Shown piece after piece: positions 14,100 through 28,228 of a DNA stretch of 64,000 bases. A program made the position numbers and the translations under genes. The DNA comes from Eukaryota sp. GEM-RC1 (lineage: Eukaryota): positions 1 through 64,000 of the forward strand of contig JAUFOQ010000006.1 in assembly GCA_040285855.1 (NCBI GenBank). The letters are read 5' to 3'. Under the pieces are notes generated by a model that worked only from the letters and a program-made list of their open reading frames with translations, was not told the origin of the DNA and did not search any database. How positions within the stretch are numbered: position 1 is the first letter of the stretch; every line of letters starts with the position of its first letter.

Positions 14100-15860
14100 T
14101 GAAACCTTTATTTGTTTCAACTGTTAAAATTTGTGCTTATGCTGATGATTCTTCGCTGATCGCTCCAGTTGACGTTCTCAAAAAGTGTTTTTCACGTTTC
14201 ATCGAACTTTCTTTGAGTATTGGTTTAACAATCAATTTTGATAAGTGTTTTCTTGTTGTTAAGTCTTCGAATGTTTCTAATCTTGGTTTTTGTAATATTC
14301 CTATCATCGATTATTCTACTCAATGTTTTCGTTTCCTTGGCACGTTTTTGGGAAATTATGAGAAAATTCATTCAGAATTGGAGAGTTCATTAACTACAAT
14401 TGAAGAAAAACTAAATCAAATATTATCTTTAGATGTGAGCAAACATGTTTCCTTTGCTATGCTTCAGGTCTGTTTTTCCGGGAAAATTAATCATTTTTTA
14501 CGTTCATTAGACTATTCCCTTACTGAAACATTTGCCAAGAAATTTAATTCTATTAGAACAAATTTTCTCTCTAACTTGGCTGAAATTGATGAGTCTAAGA
14601 TTCCATTTCATGCTTTTTATTCTTCTGAATTCGCAGGAGTAGGTTTCACCCATGCAAAAATCATTAGAAAATCTGCTCTTTTAGGAGGTGTTAAGAATTT
14701 TATGTTTGAATTTTTGAAACGGTTTCCCTTGGATGGAATCAATCTGTTGAATTCCAGTAATTGCCGTTGGATTCAATCTGCTAAAGATTTGTTATCATCT
14801 TTGTCTCCTGAAATGTGGGAATCTTTGTTCCCTGCTCATTTGAAGGAGACTCCTTTAAAAATATTTCATCTCTACCATCTGCTGTATGTAAGCTGCAAAA
14901 TAAATTGACAAGGAGTTTGAACTCTTGGACTTTAATAATCGTATTAGCTTGGCTAAAACTAATAGTCCCGAGTTCGCTGCTTTTTTAATCGATCTTTGTA
15001 ATAGTGGACCTTCTGGATTTATTTCTCAAATTCCAAAGGTGTATGGATTACATCTATCTGATGAAGCTTGGATGATCAATATGCGTCTTCGTTTGGCTAT
15101 TTGGCCTGCAAATTTATTAAACTATTCAACGTGCTCTTGTGGAGCTAATGGTGTTTTTCGTCATTTAATTAATTGTCGTTATTTTATTCATCTCCGTGCA
15201 GTAATTCATGATGGTGTACGTGATTCTTGTTATTCCATGTTTAAAGCACATGGTTTTCACTCTAAAGTTGAACCAGTTTTGAATCATCTTTCAGAAAATG
15301 AATTTACTGATCAAAAACGAGGGGATCTACATACTCCGTGGCTTAAATCGAGTCAAGCATTAATGGATTTTACTACAGTAGATATATGTAACAAATCTTG
15401 TGTTAGTAGGATATTAGATTCTTCTTTTAATCCATTAACAGCAGCTGAAAAGCTCAAACACACCAAGTATGACTCTCAAGTAGAAGAATTAAATAGAAAC
15501 TCATATTCCAAATTTGTGTTTCAACCTTTTGCTGTTTCTCTTTTTGGATCTATTAGTCCTGCTGGTGATCAATTTTTCAAGGATTTCGAAGAATTGTGTA
15601 AAGAAAAGAAGCGTAAGTTTAGAATGGCTGAATGGAAAAACCGTATAGTGTTTTCCATATATCGGAATATGCCTTTCTATTTCTCTAGATTAATTGAGAA
15701 ATTGTACAAGTTTGGTGTGAAGGTTCATGTAGATAAACGTAATCTTTTACCGGGTGGTGATGAAGTCGTTTGGATTTAATCTTAGTATTATTTGTTTGTT
15801 TTTACAATTTCATAGTTTGTAGAAAGGTTACCTTATTGGGTGCCGAATAAACATATTGGT
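14100..15860 (+). mobile_element. 5'-truncated CRE/SLACS-like non-LTR retrotransposon (RT C-terminus, zinc knuckle, restriction-like endonuclease)
   Basis: ICAYADD at ~14130-14150; ORFs 14213-14908 and 14925-15779 separated by one frameshift; CSCG...HLINC...IHDGVRD, KVEP, RGDL...DFTTVD, AEKLKHTKY, FQPFAVSLFG; AATAAA near 15846. Confidence 0.9.
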
Positions 15861-16049
15861 TATTTGTTTATAGATTACGAGGACAACAACAAATACAGTA
15901 TCAAAATCAATTTTGTGTTCAATGAAAATCTCATCCATCCTACTCATTGGTTAAGTTTGTTGGTCTGTGTTATTGACGATTTCGATTTCGATATTTGGAA
16001 CAACTGTTCTCTACCTTAATTATCAAGTATTCCTTTAAAATTTATATTG

Positions 16050-16480
16050 TGTCTCCCGTTGTGCGTAGTTAAACTTCAATATATGCTTTTGAAAGCATTT
16101 GCATACCCGAATTTCGAACATGGATCTAGTGTTATCAAAATTAATACAATGTAATCCGTTTTTGCTCCTAATGATATTAAAAATTCAACTTGTTTGATCA
16201 CTCAACAACCACGTCCGTAAATTGCAGTTGTCTAATGAGGCTTGGAAATTAAATATGCACTTACGCTTGGGTTTGTTGCCTGCTGAATTACTCGACAATG
16301 CAGAGTGTGTATGTAGTCATCGTGGCAATGCAACTTTTAGACGCGTAATTAATTGCCCCAAATTGTTGTAATTTCGTTCTGTTCCACACAACGCTTTCAA
16401 AACTATTTATCTATTATATTTCAGAGATGTCACATTTGAGAAGTTTAAAGCTCATGGATTTCGTGCTAAAGTTTAAATTT
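16050..16480 (+). pseudogene. Older degenerate fragment of the same CRE-like family (pre-endonuclease region)
   Basis: LSNEAWKLNMHLRLGLLP...CVCS..., FKAHGFRAKV parallel the 14925-15779 protein. Confidence 0.75.
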
Positions 16481-16582
16481 GTTGTGGTGTATTAAGACAT
16501 CCTAATGAAAAAGTAATGAAATGTATGATTATATCATTACAACAATAAGAACATGCAATTGAGAATGTTTAAGTGTCGTGTT

Positions 16583-17575
16583 CAGGGGTTTGAAATATGG
16601 CATGGATCCATATCCATAATTCCCCATAATGGCCATACCATAAGTATGGAACGTCAAAATCATTTATGGCTATCCGTCCCATATCATGGCCATATATGGG
16701 GGTCCATAATTTTTAGATTTCAATTAACCAATTTATGTGGAAACAGCAGTATCAAATACATTTAAACTGGATTTTAGGGTTCTGTGTTCGGTAAAACTTA
16801 TAAAATGTATTCCTTGACAAAAACTGTTGATCAATTTCACTAGGTTGAGTGGAAATAGTGGTATTGTTGTTCTCCCATAATTGTCTTAACACACTATCCA
16901 TTCTCCCCCAAAACAGAAGGTCCAAATTACAGAGGCTTGACCAAGTTACTGATCGTCGTCAAGTTTGGGCCTCAGTTGAAGTAAGTCAAGAGGTAGAAGC
17001 CAGTGATTCAGTTGCTCAAGAATATAGCAAATCCGAAGAACAAACTACATAGTTTTTTCAAAGTTACACTATTTGTTGCCAAAAGTATTTCCCATCAGTT
17101 TTTGCAACAATTAGTGTCACTTACACTAAATACTGTAAGTTGTGTAGAAGGAAATGAGAAGTCACTGTTTCCCATTTCAACAAGTGACAGTTTACCCAAC
17201 CCAGTCGAACGACTCTTCAGTCGTGCGCGACAGCTAATGGTTCTGTTATGGTTCTCTGTAACTAATGCAAATCTTGAAAGGCAGCTATTTTAAATGATGC
17301 ACAAAGACCAGCGCGATCAGGAAACTGTTTCATCCGTTTTGAGAGACGACAATGATGAAGAAGAGGTTATTATAGATTGGAGGTTCAGAAATGTTATAAG
17401 GTGTGATTCCTTGTTATTTTGTATTGAAAATAAACTGTATTAGTATTGTTGTAGTTATGGGGTCCATAATGGCCATAAGTATGGCAAGCGTAATTGATTA
17501 TGGCCATTATGGCGGCAAATGATTTGGACGCAATCCATAATATGGCCCATCCCTTATTTTGTTTATTTTCCCCTG
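16583..17575 (+). mobile_element. Non-autonomous hAT DNA transposon (internally deleted)
   Basis: CAGGGG...CCCCTG termini; 8-bp TSD GTCGTGTT at 16575-16582 and 17576-17583; ATGG/CCAT subterminal repeats at both ends; hAT dimerisation-domain remnant PVERLFSRARQLM...NLERQLF. Confidence 0.9.
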
Positions 17576-20500
17576 GTCGTGTTTGAATGATTATTGAAAA
17601 GTTAATGAAATTGTTAGTAGTAAAAAGGAATGATTTGATTTTACATAATGTTCAATGAGTCATCATATAACACTATCTTTAAATACTAACACTAAGCTAA
17701 TAGCGCTATTAGCTTGGTGGCAACACTATTCCCTTTCTTTTGTGGGTCGGTGTCACAGATAATAATATATAATATATTGAATAATGCTATTCTGAATGAG
17801 TCTGTAATAGGAGGCTAGAAGAACGTTTATCTTTTTCTTCTGAGGACACAACCTCAGACTGAACTTGTGGACACAAGACCGTGTATGTGTGTTGGCCAGT
17901 ATTGCAATCATCGTCGGTCTGCCAATTGCATTGCTGTCGGCAACAATGACAAAACTACATTCTTTTTGTCTTCAACAAAACGCATAGAAGCCGAAGAGGA
18001 AATTTTTTTAATTCGAACGGTTCATCGCATAAGTTAAAAAATATTGATCATAACTATGCACATTTCTTACCAGCATCTACTTCTACACTGCTACTACTAC
18101 ATTCATCATTGCTTTGTGCAGCTCTAACACGTTGTCTGGCAAATGCATCTGCAACTGGCCTTTTTCTTGATCAGCCTCTAGCAAATGGTCGAATGGTCCC
18201 ATGAAACACGACTTTTCAGAAGGATACGACCTAACTCTTGCTGGTGTTGAGAATATAGAGACATTCCTCAAAAGTAGTACATCCAGCCACAAAAATATTC
18301 CAAGCATTTAGAATATATGTGAACAAAGAGCTTGAGGGACACTCCAATTCCCTTTCAGTTGATGTTTCTCAAGAAGATGCCAAATAATCTCTCTTTACTC
18401 AACTCACTTATCCAAATTGATTCCAAAGTGTTATCAAAGTGCTAATGACTCATTATTATGACTGATTCTTACGATCATTTAAGTGATGAACATCTATTTG
18501 AATTGGATTTACTATTTAATTTCCGTTGTTCATTGATTTACAGAATAGCCTGACTCTCAGAGTTTTGAACTTGATTATCAAGTTTTACCAGCAGAAGGTA
18601 TCTTCTGATGGATCTTTGTCGTTGCTAGTTAGTGACTCTGTTTTCCATGATGTCGAATTTAATATAGTTGTCAAGAGTTTTTACCAGTTGGTGATACAGT
18701 TTTTAATGATGTGTAGTTTAATTGATTTGTCAATTTTGAGGCTACTGAACTTTTTAAAATTATCCATCTGTGAATCGTGGCAATTTATAATCATGTGTCT
18801 TGTGTCTGTCATTTTTGTAAAAGAAGAGAAGCACGAGGAATTAATAAATGTAGTTGCTTCATTTTTACCTTGTGAGAATTCCAACAAATTGTTCTTGACA
18901 ATAAGGGACAGTCTGTTCCTGTGACACAGTGTACGATAATCAAGAAGAGATTCAAAGTATCTAAAATTACTTTTCCACTTAATAAAAGCACTAAATGACA
19001 ATATTTTCAAAAATGTGAAATAATAGATAGAAAAGACAGGGAAAAAACCCTGCAAAAAACCTAAAAAAAAGCCAAAAATAGTAACTGAATCAAATTACTG
19101 TAAAAATTAAATGTTTCCAGCTCATGAACACAACTTCAAAAGTGTTTTGTGATCGAAAAGAGAACATTTTGTATGAAATACCAGTGGTATCCAAAGATCA
19201 ATTCAGAAAAGTGCTTAAATGTATTTTGTACTAACTTGTTTATTGTTTCATTAATTACAAGTTGGTGAATTCAGCGTGGTGGTGGTGAATTTCAAACAAA
19301 CAATGGTCGACTTCTTGAACATCACGTGATCAAAAAATTAAAAATCTCAATCAATACAATGATTGGATTGGTGTCATTTCTAGAAAATTTTCTATATACT
19401 TTAGAAGACAACATACTACCAAAAGAAGAAAAAAGCTCCTAAAAGAACATTTTCGTCTTTCAACGACAATGACAGAGGCTTTATACTGACTTTCCTAGAA
19501 ACAATCATGAAGATGTGATATTATTTAGAGAGAGTTTGAAAGAACAAGAAAATCAACATGAGAGATTTTTGAAGAGCAACAAACGAACAAGGAACATAAG
19601 CATTGGATGACTTGTGTGTCAATACGATGAACACGAGAAACCATCGCGTGATTCTCAGACATTTGATTGATAGAACAGATGGTGGGAATATGGGACAGGT
19701 GGGAAGGGGAAGACTTACGTTCATTCAAACGTAAGCATTAGAAACGAAGAGCAACCAATCTTTTAACACAAGCAATGTGTTCAAGAAACTCATGGAAAGA
19801 GCAAGGATGATTGTTGGAGATCGAACACAAAGCAAGGGAGAAGATAAAGAAGTTTTGATGAAAGAAACAGCGAGCAAACACAACCTCCTTCAATCCCCTT
19901 TAGTTATGAGTATATCTTCGTGTCGTCTTCGCATATCAAGAGCAAGATGTGTAGAAAATGTCACATTTTAAGAGATGAAGACTACAATACATAGAGATAG
20001 ATCAATCTATGATGACGTCATCAACAGAGAGGGGATATGGCTGGTCAAACAGTCTAGTATGTAGGTCAGTCAAGGAAGAGATTAAGCGAAGCAAGAGATT
20101 TTACGGTACCATTTGCCCAGATGATTTAAGAAGATCTTCTATCTCCACAATGCGAACCTCTCTGATACACAGTGACTAATCTCGCGCTTTTACTATCATT
20201 TCAACAACATCAGCTCTAAGCCACGTGACAGCTCTTAACTCAGATTCTACATTCTCTTCTGTTTGCACACCTCCCACTTCATCTCATGGTCTTCCTTTCT
20301 TCCCTCTTGCTTGATCACGCCATTGCGAATATACTTACACCTCCAACTTCGATACCTTATTGTTTGCTTCAACGTTAGTTCACCATCTCTACACAATTGA
20401 TGACGTGATTATTGATGAGATTGTTGTTTTTAAGCATTTGAATGGTTGCAACAACATGTTATGTTACATCATGTGTCAGTCACATTGTCTTTTGGATCAA

Positions 20501-21149
20501 CATTTGTGTCAAGAAAAGAGAGTCAATTCAGACTTTTGAATTGGACCAGTTGTTGCACTCTTTTGTTATTTTAAATTAAGATAATTAATTAAGATATTCA
20601 CCTGGACAATATTTTCAATTTCTTTCTTGAACAAAGTCCTTTAATGATCGGATTCCTCGTTGAGATCTATAGACTTGCTGAATCTCATAAGGTCTGTTAA
20701 TTCATTTGACCTTTGACTAAAATATAGTGATTGCTTAAGTACGTATTTTCTTATTAGAAGTGTAAAAACGAAAAAAACTGTCAACACATGTTTTGTATGA
20801 TTGTATTGTTTTTCAAATGATGAAAGTAAGTTTTATCATTGATTTTTGATTTCAAATATCACTAACTTTTTAACAGTTCCAATCTATTGGTATTTACCAG
20901 TTCTTTGAAGTAGTAGCACTTAGTGACAACGTACTTAATCAATTTGATAATCAGATTAACTTGGTTTCAAGTAGTCTGTGTGAGGCCTTGGTCCGGGTAT
21001 ACCCTGGGTATACCCTGGGTATTGATGCTAGGAATCCGTTTTTTCTTTGTTGGATGCTGGCACTTTTATTTTATTAAATCTGATTTAATAATCGTACTAC
21101 TGTAAACACTGTTTCGAAATCCATATGAATTAGTCATCACCGATGGACT

Positions 21150-21790
21150 TTATAGAGAAGATATTTTCTTTAAAAAGAAACCCATCAAGGACAAATCAAT
21201 GGAACAATTTGAGGAACTACTTCCATGTCCAACAACGAAATTTATTTCACAAATTTTCCTGTTATAAGCAGATTTGAAAGTTTTCATCCTTTTAGTCTTA
21301 GAGTTATTAAGATGAAGATTGGCGACTGTTAGGTTACGTTCAAAGGGTGGAGAAGAGTGATTTTGTCTGTCTGCTTCCTTTGTCAGAGGACAAAAGTATC
21401 ATCCAGACATGCTAAAAAAGACAGCATCTGGGAAAGCTTGAATCGACAGTTTGAAGCAGTTGTTAACCCCAAGCGAAAAGAAATAGGAATACAACGGATC
21501 TCCTTGGCGTACTCCAGAAGTAGATAGGATTACCTCGGAATGAAAGTGTAGGCTGGAGGGCGAGGTATAAGCAGCGTTGAAGTAGCCAGCGAATTTCGTG
21601 TGCTTCAATTCTTCGGCAATGGTACCACGTGAAATCGTATTGAAAGCATTTGAAAGATCAAATTTTAATAAACATTCATAAGATTCGGATATCAACGAGT
21701 GGTTGATGATGTGGGCAATAGACTCTGCACCGGCTTCTACCTTCACTCCCAGTTGACCATCCGCGGTCAGGGGAGAGGGGTCAATTAGGA
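21150..21790 (-). pseudogene. CRE-like non-LTR reverse transcriptase core fragment
   Basis: QLGVKVEAGAESIAH, LKFDLSNAFNTISR, STSGVRQGDPL, then a frameshifted CLDD in place of YxDD. Confidence 0.85.
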
Positions 21791-21929
21791 AGGTTATCTT
21801 TTTCGCGAAAAAGACCAAGTATTTTCGGTCAAAATGAAAATTTCCCGATATATTTTTCTACATTTCTTTTTTAATGTTACCTTTATAAAAAACTTTATCT
21901 AAAACTAATAAAAGTTAATGTTAACCAAC

Positions 21930-23620
21930 GTTAACGGTACGCTTCAAGCCAATGAGAATCGCTCCTTAATTGTTTCCTCAATCACTTCTACGTCTTCTTC
22001 AACATCTGCGTCTTCTTCTCCACTTACTTCAAATAGAATCTCCAGCTCTGGCGTCAAGGCAAAACATTTCTCTACATTTTCGTACATCTTCTCCCAGCCA
22101 TTGCTGTTTAGTTCCTGCTCTTTGCTCTTGACATCCAACAATCCAGCTAACAGCCAAAGGTTTGATCAAACTGCTTCTCGTCTAGTTTGATATCATCTTG
22201 ATGTACCCCTGCTTCGATCTGTTCCATAATTTGCTTAGTTAGCCATTGACTGAACTGGCTACGAAGACTGCACTTGAAACTTTTGATGGATACATCTAAA
22301 ATACAGAAAAGCTATGTAGATGCTTTTGGAATCTATTAAATTTCAATACAATGTTCGTCACATGTTCTTTTGCTAAATCAACTTTGTGTGACCAGTGATG
22401 ATCCCATAATAAAGCAGCAAGCATATTTGGTAGTTCTGCACGTTTTTCAGTAACGTTACGCACAATTACATTTAGTAAAAACTCAGATACCGTTGTACAG
22501 TTTTGAAATTTTGTAGACTTCTGATTTAGTTTGGAACTGGGTCCAGCAAAACAATTCAAGAACCCATCAGGCACAGGAGAATTTGGAATTGATCTGCGAG
22601 TCAATCCTTCTCAAATCATTTGAGGAGGCAGCAACGTTCCTGATTTAAACATCAGTTGTGTGCAAATTCTTTGAAAATTACATATTTGTTTATGGAATAA
22701 AAACACTAAAATAAACACAAATACTAGAACTCAATATCATTAAAGCAACAATCATTGCCATTAAAGCTCACACCAGCTTTTTCTTCATAAAAAACACTGA
22801 GAGCTAAATAAATTAGATAAATAAATTAGATATATTAATGCCTGTCCTCGTTTATCATTTTGAGACTGAATAGAAATCTTTTCGCTTCCTTTTTCAGCGT
22901 AAGTAGTATCTCCTACTGGGCACCAAGGTGCCAGAGTCTCATCAGCAACTATCACCAAATCTGGATGATTGTTGTCCAAACGTCTCAGAACTTCAGCAAA
23001 CTCAGCTCCTCGATCTTTCAACTGTTCTCTGTTCTGTTCAGCTTTCTTGTGTTTGTTGCCTTTCTTGCTACCTATTTTAGGGTGTTTCTTAGCAGTTCTT
23101 CAGCACAATTCAGTGATAAAGAGATCTGTCTACCATTTTGAAACAAAAGGTTCGCCATGCCTTTAGCATTTAGCGATCCACCAGCAATAGCAACTACTGT
23201 TAGTGGAGTGTTTTTGCCACCTGCTGCTCTCGTGGCCTTGATCATTTTTACAGTTAGTTCATGAGTCTCTTTAGGTAATACCGTTGGTCTACCTCTTTGC
23301 TTACCAGTAAAATAAAGCTCTTTTACCCTTTCTAACAGACTTAATTCGTCCCACATGAACCAATTTCAACTCTAATTGGGGAATGATCCGTCTTACCTTA
23401 AGTGTTGTTCAATACTTGTTTCGATTGCAACATTATCTTCGTTCTCATCACTAATTTTGTTAACGTTCACCTACCATTTCAAATGCCGTTAAAAATGAAT
23501 TTAAGTGTGTTGATCGTCTCCAACTTTGAAGGATTACATTCAACAATATTCTTCCAATATTCTAGCCCTCAACTACTAAAATCAATGCCATGCTTCCAGT
23601 CTGACTGTTATTGCAAGAAT
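21930..23620 (-). mobile_element. Degenerate pogo-like (Tc1/mariner superfamily, DDE_1-type) transposase
   Basis: RGRPTVLP..., VIVADET...TTYAEKGSEKISI, SGTLLPPQMI, LLWDHHWSHK. Multiple frameshifts; termini not resolved. Confidence 0.75.
22690..22808 (-). mobile_element. Short 3'-end copy of a CRE-like retroposon inserted in the pogo-like transposase
   Basis: The reverse complement closely matches the CRE 3' end at ~35820-35935. Confidence 0.8.
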
Positions 23621-24258
23621 TTACTTCGTTGCTGATTACTCTAGTTGACTAACCAACTTAGACAATAAAGCACAATTTTTCTGTTTGTACATTATATCAA
23701 ACAAACTTAGATTTCTGCAGTGACCTATTGTTTTATTTTTAAAATACGTTGCTCCGGTAAAAGATTTTTACCTAGTTGCAGTCCTGAAAGAAGATTCAGT
23801 TCTTTTCAGTTTCACATGATTGTTCTTTATACACGAACACAGATACTTTTACTGTTCTTGTGTTTCATCGAAGAAAAGTCTGTTGGACATCGTGCATTCA
23901 GATGAAAATTCAGTGAAATTGACACCGTTCATTTACTGGAACTGCTGTCAATCGTTAATCCTAAAGATAAATTGTCTACAAACGATGTTAGATATCTACT
24001 AATCATCTCTACATGTATAAGACACTTTAGAACATAATTGCGAGTAGAGATTTGTTTACGTTGAAAGATGTTAATCTATACCTTGATGAACGTCAATGCC
24101 TTGATAAGATTTATGTGGAGACAAAAGATTGCTAAAAATTGGAAAAATTAATACACGAAATCAGCACCTAATATTACTGTCCAATTATATATAGTAAGAT
24201 GTAATTAGTTACCTAAACCATATTTGTTATTCAATTCAAAAAGAATTGATTGATCACG

Positions 24259-26252
24259 TCAGCACAAGATCCGGTTTTTTGAAATTATCTGAATGTATTT
24301 TGATGTTTGAGCGTTAGTGAAGTTATTCTGGAGATCAATGAAAGTGACCGTGGAATTCTCTGTTAGAGCATCTGCCAATACCATAGCGTCATCAGATCTA
24401 ATAGAGTTGAAAGTGAGGCTTATTCGTGAAAGTTGTGAAGAAGAATTGATTAAAATAGATCTCATTAGTCTTACAAAATAGTCAGATAAATGACAGTAAC
24501 TGAAGTCAATGGAGGTCAAAGACTTATTGACCCTAAGAATGTCACATAAAATACTGATTGTTTCGTCAGAAAAAAGACATCGACTCAGAACAAGTTTTTT
24601 AAAAGTACAACACTGTAAAAACACTTGATAGATAAGAGTTGACTAGCAGACAGTATTGTTTTTGATTCCGGCGAATAATTAAAAACTCCATTTTTAATGT
24701 CAATGATGTTAGAATTGATGTTCAAAATCAATTTCAGTGTGTGTCGATACTTAGTTTCAAAAACTTCCTTTATAGAAGTCAAATCAAAACCACGCGACAG
24801 TAAGCTCAATTTCCTCAGAACTAAATTACTTTGAACTCCGTCAAGAATCTTTTTAATTTGAGGTAAATTCAAAAATACCGATTCAAGATTTAAATACAAC
24901 AATCCGATATTCTTTCGAATCATTACAACTAATGATTCAGTTTCGTCATCATTGAAATCCTGCCAACGAACATTCACAACTAGTTCTGACAGAGTAGAAT
25001 TTTGTTCCAGACTTTTAAAAATTGAAGAATACGATGACGAAAATGGTAGAATCGTTAGTTTTCTCAAATAAGTGTCAGTACTTAACACTTCTACAAGTCC
25101 GTTTGCATTGGAATCACTAGTTTCAATAGCAATTTCTCTAAGAGAAGTACTATTCATAATTGCAGTAAAAACTGAAGTACCAAGACAATTGTCACTGGGA
25201 AAGCGCAAGGATGACATGGTAGAACTGTTTAAAAGAGGTACAAGTATCGTCGAATCACCAATTCCTATATCAGATAAATCAATTGTTTGTATTACTGAAT
25301 TACGCCCAAGAGCAGAAAACAGAACCAATAATTCATTGTCTTTTGCTGGATATGGATCAGAAAACAGATAGAGTTTCGTCAACGTTTTGTTTGAGTAGAA
25401 CACTTTACCAAGAGAAGTAGCTTCATCCGAAGTTAAAGTACCAAACAAAAGATTGAATTCCTTAATTGTAGTATTAATCGTGAGAAATTCACAAAAGACA
25501 CCAAAAGAATCATCAGATCGCTTCTTTTCGATATCTAAACGTAACAGATGTGGCAAGAATTGAGGAGAAGAAGGGTTGAGTATCAAGAGTAACTCTCGAA
25601 AGAACGGTACTTTTAAATGTGAAATAATTGAAGTATATTTAATAATATCTTGAACTTCAAAGGAACTCCTCAAGGTCAAAAAAACTGATTTAATCTCACA
25701 TTTAAAGAAAGAAGATAACGAAACAATGAAGGGAAGTTGTTGAGAGAAAACACGAACCGTGTTTGATTCTAGAAACACTTGAACTCCACCAATGGCAGAT
25801 TCCAAGAACTGTCGACTAACATAGCCAACTTTTTGAATACAAGTAAGTAGTTCTGGACTTAAACGGTCAACAGAAATGAACGGACCATTGTCAAGATTTT
25901 GTTGGTCAGATTCAGATACAGAAGAATAAGAAAAATGGAAGTCAGGAGCATCAGGAAAAATAACTTCTTTAGTTGACGTTAACAGAACATTTCTGAGTAT
26001 GTGGTAATTGATTAACACTAGTATCGAATGTGGAACGTGTATAGATTTGGGTGATATGTAGCGAGATTCGGAACATTGAGGGCCAACAACAGCAGTTGAG
26101 TGATAAGAAGAGGAAGATGTGTCACATATGTTACAAGGATAAATATAATGGTCATTGTTGTCACAGAGAGAGTCGTTGCAAGGACGTATGGTCTTGCAAA
26201 CACAGCAGTAGTGACTCATTATGGACATTTTCTTTGAAGAAAACTGCTTCAA
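24259..26252 (-). CDS. Leucine-rich-repeat protein (ribonuclease-inhibitor/NLRC3-like LRRs) with a Cys-rich N-terminus; one frameshift near 24600
   Basis: ORFs 24585-26252 and 24259-24624 overlap. Repeated LxxNxTLxxL/IDLSxxxI units; N-terminal CCVC...C...C...H...CNIC. Confidence 0.8.
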
Positions 26253-28228
26253 ACTTCTTTGATCAATGCTGTCTAATCAAGACATTCACTTTCTTTCCTA
26301 CTCAATTGCACACTTTCTCAAGCTTGGAGTCGATTATTGGTGTTTCTTTACATTAACTTAGATCGGTTTCTAGATTCTCACTTCACTTTGAACTGATTGC
26401 ATTCATTACTATGTTTAGCATGGGAGTTGCTCAGAGGATGATGATGTGATGAGGAAGTGGTAAAACTGGTACATTTGCTGGTTTCATCCTTAACGGACTT
26501 GTTCAAGCTGCTTATGATATAGATATTTCTACTCTCGTTATCACTCCTAATCCTCGCCATCCAAATCCACAATTAGTAATGATGCAATTACTTGTGGCTT
26601 CCTTCGTGTTGATCTAGTTGTCTCTACAAGTAACCCTAATGTATTACGTGTTCACACATGTGCTGTTGCTGCTCCGAGAAGCTTAGCCTCTTAGAGTCAC
26701 ACATATCATCCGTGACATTGATCTTAATCCAGTTATTTCTTAAATACATCCGATCTTATTCCATTTACAACAGATGCAAGTCAAAAAATGAACTGGTGAG
26801 TTTACGGTGTCACTTGGTATAGGTCTATTTTGGAATTTACCGTCTGACTATAAGCTCTGAAGGTCTTCTTTTTTTGAAGTTGAAGTTGTTACTTTTATGA
26901 CATTTTATTAAGATCGAATGGATTGTAAAAATTGTAGCCATACAATGTTCTTTTACTGTTTGTGTACGATTTGGAAACAACAATTGAAATCAAAAGGACA
27001 TTTTGAGTCTATTATCAAACTGATCTCCTTCGGGAAGTCGTTTAGAAATCATTTCAGGATGAAGGTCTAAACAGGTCGTCATTGTGATTCCAAGTTTCAC
27101 TTCACAACTTCCTTGGTTAAATACAGAAAGTCCTTCGCTCTTTATCTTAATGTATCTGGTGTCTTTGAACTTTGTTTCTTTACCTACATACATGGATACT
27201 GTGGAACATCATCGTCATGTCACATTCAATCACGATTCGTTGCTAGAAATTCTCGTTTCATCGTTTCTTAAGAAACATCATCAGATTCTCCTCCTGTCAT
27301 CTCTTAAACACTTTGATGTATGACTACGAGTAATGTGAGATATATCAATCATAAAGGACCTCAAAACCCAAACATTGGATCTCTGAAGCAAACGTGAGAG
27401 GGTGACGTGACGGCGTCTACATGTCCTTTACTTCTTGTCCTCGATCCATATCCTGGAATGACAACCACCCCGAAGAGGTGTGTTAATGATAACGATTTCC
27501 TTCATTCATCGCCAATCGATGAATGAAGTCCAGGATAAGTCTTTCTTTCCTACAAACACACGGTTCTATTCAGGACATCACTACTTTTTGAAATTATTTA
27601 CTTGTCACCTGAACTTCACTTGAAAAGTCTGACTTTCTTAACCTCGCTAGGAGAGCATCCTTTATTAATAATGAAAGGACTTTTGTAAAATGACTTTATT
27701 TGGCTACAGTTTGTCTTTTTCTACCTCAGTTATGATCAAATGATTGTATCATTCTTTATAAAAATGATTGGGAGCTATCACGAGTTTCCTTTGAAAACTA
27801 ACAGTGTTTCCATACTTCGTGCTGTAAATTACAGTATTTGAGTAATAATTCTTAATTTTCCCAAAATTTTGAATTATTCGTAGTACTGTTGTACATCTGA
27901 AATGTCCGTTATTGGATTCTCTACTTCTTCGCTCATTTTGTACATTATCTTTTCAGTCCGAATTTTACCTGTGAAATACTTTCTGTGATCATAGAAATGT
28001 GCCTTTTGGATTAATTATTTCTTTTTATTTTGACAAGTTTGACTGATTGGTGACTCGTTTTCGTATATTTACGATAGTTAACCTGTTCAGTAATTCAAGA
28101 TCCAACGATTGTTGGTTCATTTTTGAGACAGTTTTTGGAATTTTTTGATTCTTTATTTTTGACTGAAAATCTTGCTGTGTACGTGCTTGAATTTGGTGGA
28201 AGAAGAAAATTTTTTCACATACAGATAA

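Noticed and set aside
19400..20150. Old RLE-type retroposon remnant
   Set aside because: Only a vague resemblance; no intact motif could be read.
26700..27700. Ty3/Gypsy RT/RNase H relics (TDAS-like on +, PMFG-like on -)
   Set aside because: Isolated short motifs on opposite strands; too degenerate to support a call by eye.
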